A stretch of DNA of 64,000 bases from Candidatus Woesearchaeota archaeon. Its GTDB lineage: Archaea > Nanobdellota > Nanobdellia > SCGC-AAA011-G17 > UBA489. Shown piece by piece: positions 1-8,581 of this stretch. The position numbers and the translations under genes are program-made. Under the pieces are notes generated by a model. The model searched no databases. It was given only the letters and a program-made list of their open reading frames with translations, and was not told the origin of the DNA. Within the stretch, counting starts at the first letter, position 1; each line of letters starts with the position of its first letter. Location: the NCBI GenBank assembly GCA_964622835.1, contig CAZUSA010000001.1, positions 159,468 through 223,467 on the forward strand, read 5' to 3'.

Positions 1-261
1 GACGGATGAACAAGAGAAAACACCATCTGCTACTGAAAACAAGAGTCATCCACATTTGAGTTCTACTGATAGTATGGAGTCTATTTCTCGGTTGACTGAA
101 CGTATTTTTTTCAGTTCTGATGATGCATATGACAAGTTGAAAAAGAAGAAGATTTCTAAGTAAAAGTATAGCGCTCTCGCGTTACTGAAAAGAACCCTGG
201 GAAGAAACCCGAAAGTTTCTTCCTGGGGAAAAAGAGGTGATATAATATTGTGATCACCTCT

Positions 262-276
262 GACTTATAAACCTTT
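262..276 (+). promoter_or_regulatory. Archaeal TATA/BRE-like element gacttataaaccttt, about 90 bp upstream of scpA
   Basis: Identical 15-mer recurs at 57414-57428. The core ctttataaa recurs upstream of S12, EF-2, EF-1alpha and S10. Confidence 0.35.
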
Positions 277-363
277 CGATTTGTTACTATTTTGGAATAG
301 TTACACATTTCCTCAAAGGAGAAGCCGAGAACACTTAAATACCAACACCCATTTTTAAAGACT

Positions 364-1083
364 ATGGAAGAGAAGATCTACGATCTTATTACAAAGAAAA
401 ATGAGGTGACCTGGCAGACAATTCTCTATGAATTAATCAAAACGGGAGAAATTGACCCTTGGGATATCGATCTTAGCAAGCTATCACAAAAGTACATTCA
501 AGCAATAAAAAACCTCCAAGAACACAATTTTTTCATCTCAGGAAAGATGGTGCTTGCCTCAGCAATTCTCTTACGTATGAAATCAGATCGGTTACTCAAT
601 GAACATATCGCAGAATTTGATAGTATTTTGTACCCTCCTGAAGAGGATCTGTTACTTGAAGAAAATGATGAAGATTATCGCTATGCGATTGAAGGAAAAA
701 ACGTACCAAAATTAATGGTAAAAACACCACAATCAAGAAAACGCCAAGTAACCATGAACGAATTAATGAAGGCCTTAGAAAAAGCGTTAGAAGTTGATGA
801 GCGAAGAAGAATTAGACGATTATATGAAGAGCCAGTTATTCAAGAAGCAGTCATGCCAAAAAATTCGTATAATATTTCTGATTTGATTAAGTCTATTTAT
901 GAAAAGATTGTGTATATGTTTTCTGCAAAGCAACAATTAAATTTTTCTGATTTATTAGAAACAGATACAAAAGAAGATAAGATCCTAACATTCATTCCAT
1001 TATTGCATTTATCGAATCAACAAAAGGTAGATTTGGAACAAGAGAAACCATTTTCTGAGATTAAGATTACGTTAACGAATTAA
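364..1083 (+). CDS. scpA: Segregation and condensation protein A (kleisin ScpA)-like
   Basis: 239 aa. N-terminal motif EIDPWDIDLSKLSQKYIQAIKNL matches the ScpA pattern (IDxxxIxIxxIxxQYLxY). Acidic middle region. Confidence 0.55.
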   Translation: MEEKIYDLITKKNEVTWQTILYELIKTGEIDPWDIDLSKLSQKYIQAIKNLQEHNFFISGKMVLASAILLRMKSDRLLNEHIAEFDSILYPPEEDLLLEENDEDYRYAIEGKNVPKLMVKTPQSRKRQVTMNELMKALEKALEVDERRRIRRLYEEPVIQEAVMPKNSYNISDLIKSIYEKIVYMFSAKQQLNFSDLLETDTKEDKILTFIPLLHLSNQQKVDLEQEKPFSEIKITLTN

Positions 1084-2364
1084 TGCTTTTTCTAATAACG
1101 TAAAACATTCATTTTCTGTAAGTAATTGTTCATCACCCGTTTCCATGTTTTTTAATCGTACTTTCTTTTGGTTGATTTCTTGTTCTCCAAGTAAGACAAC
1201 ATAAGGAATACCAGCTTTGGATGCGTAGTTCATGTTTTTTCCAAGGCCTCGATCGAGTAAGTCTGTGTCTACCTTTAATCCTCCTGCCCGAAGTTTGGTT
1301 ACTAACTGTCGTGTTTGATCAAAGCAGTTAATACCAATAACATAGACGTCAACAACCGTCGGTCTCACAGGTGTTGCTTGTATAAGTTTCAAAGCATCAG
1401 TAATAACATCTAATCCAAAGGAAAGACCAAGAGCAGGGTAGGTATCTTTACCTCCAATAAAGTCGCCAATCATTTGATCGTATCGACCACCACCAGCAAG
1501 ACTTGAGGTAATACCTATTTTTTTGCCGTCAGTGAGAAATGCTTCATAGACTGAGCCAGTATAATATGTTAATCCTCGTGCGAGTGCAGGTGAAAAGACT
1601 AAGCCTTCGACGTCTGTACACAATTGTTGTAAGGCAGTAAGTCCTTCATTGTCGCCGATAGCTTCTTTGATAGTAGAAAAAAGAACATCATTGGTTCCTT
1701 TTGTTTGTAATAACATTAAGAGTTCTTTGCATTGTCTAGACGAGATACCTGTTGTATCACAGAGTTCTTTTTGTACAGCTGCTTCTCCAACCTTGTCAAG
1801 TTTATCAACGATAAGTATTGCTTCTGTTTGTTTGTTGTTGGGAACACCACTTTGTGTTATAATTGCATCAATAACTCTTCGATCGTTAACGGTTAAAACA
1901 ACATCCATCGCAAGTGCCTTGAATACATCTTGTGCTAACGTTAATAACTCTGTTTCTGCTGCAACTGTTGTACAACCAACAATGTCAACATCGCATTGCC
2001 AAAATTCTCTGTATCGTCCTAGTTTTAGTGGTCCATCTCTGAAAACACGACCAATAGCATAGCGTTTATACGGCATGCGTAATCCTTTGTTCATGGCAAT
2101 GATGCGTGCAAAGGGAACTGTTAGATCATACCGTAATCCTAAGTCGCGTTTTCCTTGGTCTTGTAATTGAAAGGTTTCTTTGAGTATTTCCGCTCCACCT
2201 GCATATTTAGAGCTAAGAACATCAATGCGTTCTAACACAGGTGTCTCTAACGGATTGAATCCATATTGTTCAAACGTTTTCCTCATCGTGTCAACAACGG
2301 TATTACGAACAATCTTTTCTTCAGGTAGAAAGTCTCTCGTTCCTTTTGCTCGATTTAACTTCAT
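1072..2364 (-). CDS. hisS: Histidyl-tRNA synthetase
   Basis: 430 aa. Class II aaRS motifs: RDFLPEE, GFNPLETPVLE, YAIGRVFRDGPLKLGRYREFWQCDVD, GGGRYD. Confidence 0.9.
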   Translation of the reverse strand: MKLNRAKGTRDFLPEEKIVRNTVVDTMRKTFEQYGFNPLETPVLERIDVLSSKYAGGAEILKETFQLQDQGKRDLGLRYDLTVPFARIIAMNKGLRMPYKRYAIGRVFRDGPLKLGRYREFWQCDVDIVGCTTVAAETELLTLAQDVFKALAMDVVLTVNDRRVIDAIITQSGVPNNKQTEAILIVDKLDKVGEAAVQKELCDTTGISSRQCKELLMLLQTKGTNDVLFSTIKEAIGDNEGLTALQQLCTDVEGLVFSPALARGLTYYTGSVYEAFLTDGKKIGITSSLAGGGRYDQMIGDFIGGKDTYPALGLSFGLDVITDALKLIQATPVRPTVVDVYVIGINCFDQTRQLVTKLRAGGLKVDTDLLDRGLGKNMNYASKAGIPYVVLLGEQEINQKKVRLKNMETGDEQLLTENECFTLLEKALIR

Positions 2365-2388
2365 TGGTAACTCCTATAAGTAGAAAGG

Positions 2389-2459
2389 ACGGCCGGCGAG
2401 AATCGAACTCGCGTCACAGGACCCACAATCCCATATTCTACCATTAAACTACGGCCGTC
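2389..2459 (-). tRNA. tRNA-His (anticodon GTG) with genomically encoded G-1
   Basis: Hand-folded. Acceptor ACGGCCG/CGGCCGT. G-1 pairs with discriminator C73. D-loop AATGGTA. Anticodon stem TGGGA/TCCTG, loop TTGTGGG. T-arm GCGAG-TTCGATT-CTCGC. Lies 25 nt upstream of hisS on the same strand. Confidence 0.8.
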
Positions 2460-2624
2460 ATAAAGTGTTTCAACAGCGTTCAAACAAGGTTTAAAAAACT
2501 GTTGGAGAAAACAAGAGTTAGCACTATCATTATTGGGTATACCGATGATGAAGATACTCAACTCGTGTCATTGTATTGCTTCAAGAAAGAAATGAGTATA
2601 AAAACGTTGTTATTGTCCAATATT

Positions 2625-4907
2625 TTAACTTTCACACACTACATCCACATCATCCACATAGAGTGTGTTGTCTGTTGTAATTGAGATATCCAATGTATTT
2701 GCATTTGTAGGTGTTAAACATTTCTTGGTATAACGTGTATAAGTTGTTGTAACTATTGAATTGAAAGGACAGGTACTAATAATTGCTGAATTTTTGTCTT
2801 TCCAAGTCATTAAAATGTTAATATTGGTAGCTGGATTGTCCGCTTTTAACATAACATTTAACTCATAATTCTTAATAGTATTATCAACACTTATTGTTTG
2901 GCTTATTGAATCTCCTGCAAGTAATTGCATGCTTTTATTTCCAACAACATTTAACGGTGCAGTTGCATCTTCAATGACTACAGGATTGCCACTTATTTGC
3001 CACGCATTATTTGAAAATTCAAAACTTCCATCTTTAAGCTGATTAGAAGCTGCACACCCTAACACATTTTGTCCTTGCGATGCAAATAAATCCATCACGT
3101 CTTGGTGCGCTATTTTTGGATCATTATCAGCCCTTACCAACCCCATACTTCCCTCGCCTACCTCTCCCGAAAAATAGGTATCGGCAAAGATCCAAAAACT
3201 CATCCCTTCGAAAGAGTTAGCATTATTATCTTGAGATAATGTTGCCATTAGGTCAATAACATAATCACTTTGTAATTGTTGTTCAGGTAATGTAAGGGTT
3301 GGAAGCCCATATCCTCCTTCAGACATAAAGAAAGGCTTAACTGTAACGCCAGGATCATCTTCCTTGAGTTTATCTTTAATTAATTCAGAATTATCTAAAA
3401 GAGCCTGACCACCAGCATATCCAGAGTAAGCAAAGTACTCAATATAAGAAAGATTTTGTGTTAATTTCCATTCACCTATTCTCAATGTTTTTTCATCTTG
3501 TTGGTATGGCAACCAACCAGGACCTCCAAAGAGAGGATACTGACCCAAGCGCACCTCATAATATACTTTTTGTTGTGAATTTCCTTGTTTTATTGCTGCA
3601 GTGTAGTTTGTTAAGGTCGGAAATAATACAATTCTATCCCACCATCCCCTAAAATCTTCAAACTTAGAATTATTCCAATTCATTGGAGAATTTATTGGGT
3701 CTGCTTCATCGATATAATTTTGAAATGCACTTGGATAATTGAGCATAAAATTATAGACAATCCTCTGTTTGCTTATCCCACCAGTATAAACTGGAAACAA
3801 TACATCGCTCCAATTAACATAACTTTGACCCCATCTAGCATTCCAGTAATTTAAATCAGGGTTCCCAATAAGGGTATCACTTTGGAGAAATTCTTGCCAT
3901 GAATTCAAATAAATTTGGCTGCCATATTCCCAATAATTTAAATTCATATATTCAGAATCATGCCAGAAATTCACAACATTATCATAACCTTTCATTTCTT
4001 CAACTACAATTTTAATTGCACCAATATGAACATTTCTGAAGGCATCGACTACCATCCAACCAGGGAATAAATATCCACAACCACCAGGCAGTACTTTTCC
4101 GGCACCATCAAAACCGCCCTGGGAGTTACAAGAAGCTCCATAACCCTCTGCTTCATCCGGTATCCTTGGCCCATCAGAAAGGATTACTTTCAACCCAACA
4201 CTATCTGCTATTGTTACTAGTGTTGCCAAATCATTAAGGGTTGCTTGATTTTTAGAAAATGTTCCAAGCGTATAATTAACATTAACAACAAAGTCACCAG
4301 GGTCATTTTTTATAGTTATCGCATCAAACCCTGTTGCCTTTATTTTTTTGAAGTCCATTTCAAGTCTGTCAAGATCTAAATTTCTCCAAAAATAATGATG
4401 TAATGCATGTGGTTGAACGTAATATACAGATCGTAAAAATTCAGGATCTCCTTCATCGAAAGGTTTTAGACCACCGGGTGCTTGACCGCTTGGTTGTTGT
4501 AGATTTCCTCTTGTTGGTGTAGTGGGATTTGGTTGGCACACACCAGACCATCCAGAGCCCCATTTTACAGTAGGATCACAAAAAAATCCTTGTGGGCAAG
4601 GTTCACCACCTACAGAGCAAACACATTGGCATTTATTTTTTTCAGTTGCATCATAGTCTTCAGGACCAATGCAAGCTGTACCGAAAGTAACGCCATCGTA
4701 AGGGCAATTAATAAACGAATTACCTGTTTTTCCCACATCACAACTTTCACCTTGATTTATTATGTTATTACCGCAAACATCTGATGTTGTAACGGTGGGT
4801 GCTTGAAGAGGAATTATGGGTTGTCCTGTTAACTCATTAATATTACTAGCAAACATGGCAGCAGCAAGAACCAACACTATTGTTAATACAAATCCTCTTT
4901 TCTCCAT
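2625..4907 (-). CDS. Secreted protein: signal peptide, Cys-rich N-terminal module with one CGNNIINQGESCD repeat, then a glycoside-hydrolase-like TIM-barrel region
   Basis: 760 aa. N-terminal hydrophobic signal MEKRGFVLTIVLVLAAAMFA. The motif CGNNIINQGESCDVG resembles the Cys-rich repeats of the two giant proteins. The central region (GFDAITIKND, NFWHDSEYMNLNYWEY) reads like a GH5/GH42-type barrel. No decisive catalytic motif confirmed. Confidence 0.45.
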   Translation of the reverse strand: MEKRGFVLTIVLVLAAAMFASNINELTGQPIIPLQAPTVTTSDVCGNNIINQGESCDVGKTGNSFINCPYDGVTFGTACIGPEDYDATEKNKCQCVCSVGGEPCPQGFFCDPTVKWGSGWSGVCQPNPTTPTRGNLQQPSGQAPGGLKPFDEGDPEFLRSVYYVQPHALHHYFWRNLDLDRLEMDFKKIKATGFDAITIKNDPGDFVVNVNYTLGTFSKNQATLNDLATLVTIADSVGLKVILSDGPRIPDEAEGYGASCNSQGGFDGAGKVLPGGCGYLFPGWMVVDAFRNVHIGAIKIVVEEMKGYDNVVNFWHDSEYMNLNYWEYGSQIYLNSWQEFLQSDTLIGNPDLNYWNARWGQSYVNWSDVLFPVYTGGISKQRIVYNFMLNYPSAFQNYIDEADPINSPMNWNNSKFEDFRGWWDRIVLFPTLTNYTAAIKQGNSQQKVYYEVRLGQYPLFGGPGWLPYQQDEKTLRIGEWKLTQNLSYIEYFAYSGYAGGQALLDNSELIKDKLKEDDPGVTVKPFFMSEGGYGLPTLTLPEQQLQSDYVIDLMATLSQDNNANSFEGMSFWIFADTYFSGEVGEGSMGLVRADNDPKIAHQDVMDLFASQGQNVLGCAASNQLKDGSFEFSNNAWQISGNPVVIEDATAPLNVVGNKSMQLLAGDSISQTISVDNTIKNYELNVMLKADNPATNINILMTWKDKNSAIISTCPFNSIVTTTYTRYTKKCLTPTNANTLDISITTDNTLYVDDVDVVCES

Positions 4908-4972
4908 ACTTTACAGATGAAAACATTCTATTTAAAGGATCCCATAGAACAAATAGTCTTTGTTTATTGGAG

Positions 4973-5755
4973 TTATTGACCAAAAATAGATCGTAACATA
5001 CGTATCGCAAAGGAGTCTCGTCGGATGGTTGAAGTGGAAGTTTGTGGTCGTCCAAGTAATGATGCTGCTAAGTTTTGATAGGCCACCGCAGCAGGAGCGT
5101 TAGGGAAGAGTGATGCGACAGGTTCTCGTTTGCTTAATGCGTGTTTAACATTATGGTCTTCTGGTATGTGTCCTAAAATTGGTTGTTCTAAAAACGAAGC
5201 AACATCAGGTAGAGATACATCTGCTTCATGTCCTGCTCGTGTAACAACTGTTCCAGGAACGCGTTTTCCTAATCGTTCTGCAGTGCGTATTGTTTGTAAT
5301 GCATGGGTCATACTTGGTAAGTCTGGCGTAGTAACGGGTAAGACATCATCGGCTAATGCTAATGCTGCTGTTGTTTCTGGTGTTGTTCCTGAAGGTGTAT
5401 CTAATAAGATAATATCTGCGTTTACTTGATGTAAGTGTTCGCGTAAGACAGGTAAGTCTTTTGCTGCTGTTGATGATAATGATGCAGGAACAATGTTGAC
5501 ACCACTATGATGTTCATAGGTTGCATCAGCTAACGTTGCCGTCCCATCTAAAACATCTGATAAGGTTGTTTCTGTTGTGTGTGCACCAAGATATAATCCT
5601 AATGATGGTGCGTGAACGTCTGCATCAATAACGGTTACTTTTTTTCCCATGCGTGCAAGTGACACACCTAAGTTAAGTGCCGTGGTACTTTTTCCTGAAC
5701 CACCTTTGGCATTTGCAATACTCGCAATAAGAACCATACTGTTTCTACATTTCAC
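4973..5755 (-). CDS. ParA/MinD-family P-loop ATPase
   Basis: Deviant Walker A KGGSGKSTTALNLG and IDAD motif. Probable true start at MVLIAS (5737). Confidence 0.8.
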   Translation of the reverse strand: MKCRNSMVLIASIANAKGGSGKSTTALNLGVSLARMGKKVTVIDADVHAPSLGLYLGAHTTETTLSDVLDGTATLADATYEHHSGVNIVPASLSSTAAKDLPVLREHLHQVNADIILLDTPSGTTPETTAALALADDVLPVTTPDLPSMTHALQTIRTAERLGKRVPGTVVTRAGHEADVSLPDVASFLEQPILGHIPEDHNVKHALSKREPVASLFPNAPAAVAYQNLAASLLGRPQTSTSTIRRDSFAIRMLRSIFGQ

Positions 5756-5903
5756 AAACTTCTTTTTAAAGGTTCGTACAAAGTAAGAGAAAGGTTAACA
5801 CCACAAAGTGATAACAACTTCAGAGGTAGGTTTATATAGTCTCACGTCCCGTTTCGTTTATCGAAATTTTATTCATAAGAAAGACAAAAGGGAGGTTTTC
5901 ATT

Positions 5904-6374
5904 ATGATAAATAAAAGAGGACAAGCTGCTATGGAGTTCTTGATGACCTATGGTTGGGCTCTGCTAGTTGTGCTTGTCGCTATAGGAGCGTTAGCTTTTT
6001 TCGGAGTATTAAACCCCGGACAATTCTTACCTTCGACCTGTACAATTACACCAGGAATTGCGTGTAATGACTTTAAGGTAGCGGAAGGGGGAACACCAAT
6101 AACAGGCACTGTAGATTTACGTTTACAGAATGGTTTTGGTGACAGTTTAACTACAGTCACAGTAGATATTGACATTGGCCAAGATGGAGCCAATGATTGT
6201 CCGCAATATACAAACGCAGCCTGGGCAGATGGTGCAGAATTATCTGTAGCAATGACTGGTTGTACAGTTGGCCCAAGTGGTGGCAAAGCAAAAGCTGATG
6301 TTATTGTTGGTTACACTGGAAGCGGTGGTATTTCACACGTTAAAACAGGCGTATTAGTTACACAAATTGAATAA
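5904..6374 (+). CDS. Archaeal type IV pilin-like protein with class III signal peptide
   Basis: MINKRGQAAMEFLMTYGWALLVVLVAIGALAFF is a prepilin-like N-terminus (basic residues, G/Q, Glu near +5, hydrophobic helix). GGAGG sits 10 nt upstream of ATG 5904. The ORF track starts earlier at 5808. Confidence 0.7.
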   Translation: MINKRGQAAMEFLMTYGWALLVVLVAIGALAFFGVLNPGQFLPSTCTITPGIACNDFKVAEGGTPITGTVDLRLQNGFGDSLTTVTVDIDIGQDGANDCPQYTNAAWADGAELSVAMTGCTVGPSGGKAKADVIVGYTGSGGISHVKTGVLVTQIE

Positions 6375-6467
6375 GGGGACATCCCCTTTTTCTTTCTTTT
6401 TTTTAATTACAATATAGGGTAACCTATCTCAATAATGTTTTTATAACGTCAATGCACACGTACGAGG

Positions 6468-7265
6468 ATGAATCGTAAACCTATTGCTTGTCCTGCATTT
6501 TACCCGAATACGTTTGAAAAATTAGATAGAGCTATTCAAGATGCGTTCAAGTCTAAAACCGGTCCTGGCACGTTACAAGCGAAACGACGTAACAGCACAG
6601 TAGATTTATTCATCGCTCCTTGTGACACTATTGAAAAGACTGGTCCATGCACAGCGTGGGGATATATGGATATTGCTGAAGCGCCTTTTCCAGAAACCTA
6701 TATGATTCTTGGAACAAATAACCAAAGCGATACAAAGTTTTCTACGTATTTATTTGCTGATTGGGAAACACCGTTCGGTCCAGTCAAAGTAAATCAAGAA
6801 AAGGGTAAAGAATTGATGGAAGTCTTTCCTCAAATACTTAATGAACATACGGCTCATGCAAAGGAGCATAGTGTTGAAGTTCAGTTACCGTGGTTACAAT
6901 TTGCGTCACGTGATAAGTTAGATAGTTTAACATTTATACCCTTAGTTATCAATACAACAAGTCTTAAAGAAATACAAAAAGCTGCAGAAGTATTAAGTCC
7001 TTTTTTAGCAGAACATAAAATCCCCTTAATTGTTTCTCAAAACATTGATGATACAGCAACATTGCAATATATTAAATCAGGAGATACAGGTGCGTTACAT
7101 AATTACAAACAACGAAAACAAACAGATCTCAAGGAGATTGCTCCATTATTACTCGTCATGGAAATTGCTAAACTTCAAAAGAAGCATGCAACTATCATTA
7201 ATGAGCAACCGTCAAGAATAAAAAGTAAAGAAAAGACTCATTATGCATGCGTAAAGTTTCAATAG
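6468..7265 (+). CDS. MEMO1-family protein (AmmeMemoRadiSam system protein B-like)
   Basis: N-terminal RKPIACPAFYP (the AGSFYP-type motif) and HSVEVQLPWLQ (HSxExxLPFLQ motif). 265 aa, typical for the family. Confidence 0.65.
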   Translation: MNRKPIACPAFYPNTFEKLDRAIQDAFKSKTGPGTLQAKRRNSTVDLFIAPCDTIEKTGPCTAWGYMDIAEAPFPETYMILGTNNQSDTKFSTYLFADWETPFGPVKVNQEKGKELMEVFPQILNEHTAHAKEHSVEVQLPWLQFASRDKLDSLTFIPLVINTTSLKEIQKAAEVLSPFLAEHKIPLIVSQNIDDTATLQYIKSGDTGALHNYKQRKQTDLKEIAPLLLVMEIAKLQKKHATIINEQPSRIKSKEKTHYACVKFQ

Positions 7266-7600
7266 TGAATAAAAAGAGAAAGTTCTCCTCAAAAGCTGAG
7301 GTATACACATCAATCTGGAAACAAGCACGTGGCTTAATGTTTCAAAAACCTCTCAAGAACAATGAAAGTCTTCTGTTTGCATTACGTCGTGAAGTGAGAG
7401 AACCCATATCTATGTTGTTTGTCTTCTTTCCTATTGATGTTGTTTGGATAGACAAAGATGGAATCATTAAGCATATTGCAAGAAACGTCAAACCATTCAC
7501 ACTTATCGTTGATCCACCGGTCAAAGCAAAAGCAATTCTTGAGACAAAAGCACATGCTACAACGTCATTACGTGTAGGCGACACATTACTCAACAAATGA
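7247..7600 (+). CDS. DUF192/COG1430-like small protein
   Basis: 117 aa. Pattern GLMF...LLF...PISMLF...VVWIDKDGII is typical of DUF192. Confidence 0.45.
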   Translation: MRKVSIVNKKRKFSSKAEVYTSIWKQARGLMFQKPLKNNESLLFALRREVREPISMLFVFFPIDVVWIDKDGIIKHIARNVKPFTLIVDPPVKAKAILETKAHATTSLRVGDTLLNK

Positions 7601-7630
7601 TTTATAAACGTTCTACGGTACCAAAAGAAC

Positions 7631-8581
7631 ATGGGTGTGTTCGAATTAAAGGGTGTTACGAAGCGTTTCAAAAACAATCTTGTTCTTGATGATATTAATT
7701 TAGATATCCCTGAAGGTTCTGTTTTTGGTATTTTAGGTATTAATGGTTCTGGTAAGACAACGTTACTTCGTTTACTAGTGGGTTTTTACAAGGCTAATAG
7801 TGGCAAAGTCTTATTCGAAGAAAAACCATTACGTAAAGTGATGAAAAAATTAAAGGAAGAAGTGGGCTTTACAACACAAGATAGTTCTTTTTATCAGAAA
7901 TTAACAGTTGAAGAAAACATCCATTATTTTGGGTCATTATATGGATTAGATAAAAAAACAATAAAAAACAATGCTGAGCGTATTCTCAAACTGGTTGAAT
8001 TGGATCACGTAAGAAACATCTTAGCTGAAAATCTCTCTGGTGGTATGCAACGCCGTTTAGATATGGCGTGTTCCTTAGTACACGTTCCTCGTGTTGTTTT
8101 CTTGGACGAACCAACAGAAGATTTAGATCCACTTTTGAGAAAAGAAATATTACATTTGATTACGAAGATTCGTGATATTGGAACGACAGTTATCATCACA
8201 TCACATCGTTTAGAAGATATCGAACAAGTGTGTGATCATGTTGCTATTATCCATAATAAAAAAATTATACGAAGTTGTACGATTGATGAATTAAAAACAC
8301 GGTATAGTCCTGATGAGGAAATCCATTTGCAAACAAATCCTGGAGATTATAAAACAATTATTAAGAATATTAGTTCGTATGATGACTATTACACGGATAA
8401 TAATAGGTTAGTGATTAAAACAACGAAGGCAGAGCGTATTTTACATGAAATTTTGCATATTATTGAAAACACAGGAGAAAAACTTGTATACGTTGACGTG
8501 CAACGTCCGACGTTAGAAGAGGTTTTCCAATCATTAACGAGAGATGTGGGTGCACAGAAGGGGTTTTTGCGTAGACAATGA
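7631..8581 (+). CDS. ABC transporter ATP-binding protein
   Basis: Walker A GINGSGKTTLLRLL. Signature LSGGMQRRLDMA. Walker B VVFLDEPT. Confidence 0.85.
   Translation: MGVFELKGVTKRFKNNLVLDDINLDIPEGSVFGILGINGSGKTTLLRLLVGFYKANSGKVLFEEKPLRKVMKKLKEEVGFTTQDSSFYQKLTVEENIHYFGSLYGLDKKTIKNNAERILKLVELDHVRNILAENLSGGMQRRLDMACSLVHVPRVVFLDEPTEDLDPLLRKEILHLITKIRDIGTTVIITSHRLEDIEQVCDHVAIIHNKKIIRSCTIDELKTRYSPDEEIHLQTNPGDYKTIIKNISSYDDYYTDNNRLVIKTTKAERILHEILHIIENTGEKLVYVDVQRPTLEEVFQSLTRDVGAQKGFLRRQ

Noticed and set aside
1649-2561. Small ORFs antisense to hisS and overlapping tRNA-His
   Set aside because: Overlap a high-confidence aaRS gene and a tRNA. No coding signal.
4973-5755. Possible horizontally acquired GC-rich ParA gene
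   Set aside because: Apparent GC elevation is modest and explained by Ala/Gly-rich composition. Codon usage is not obviously foreign.
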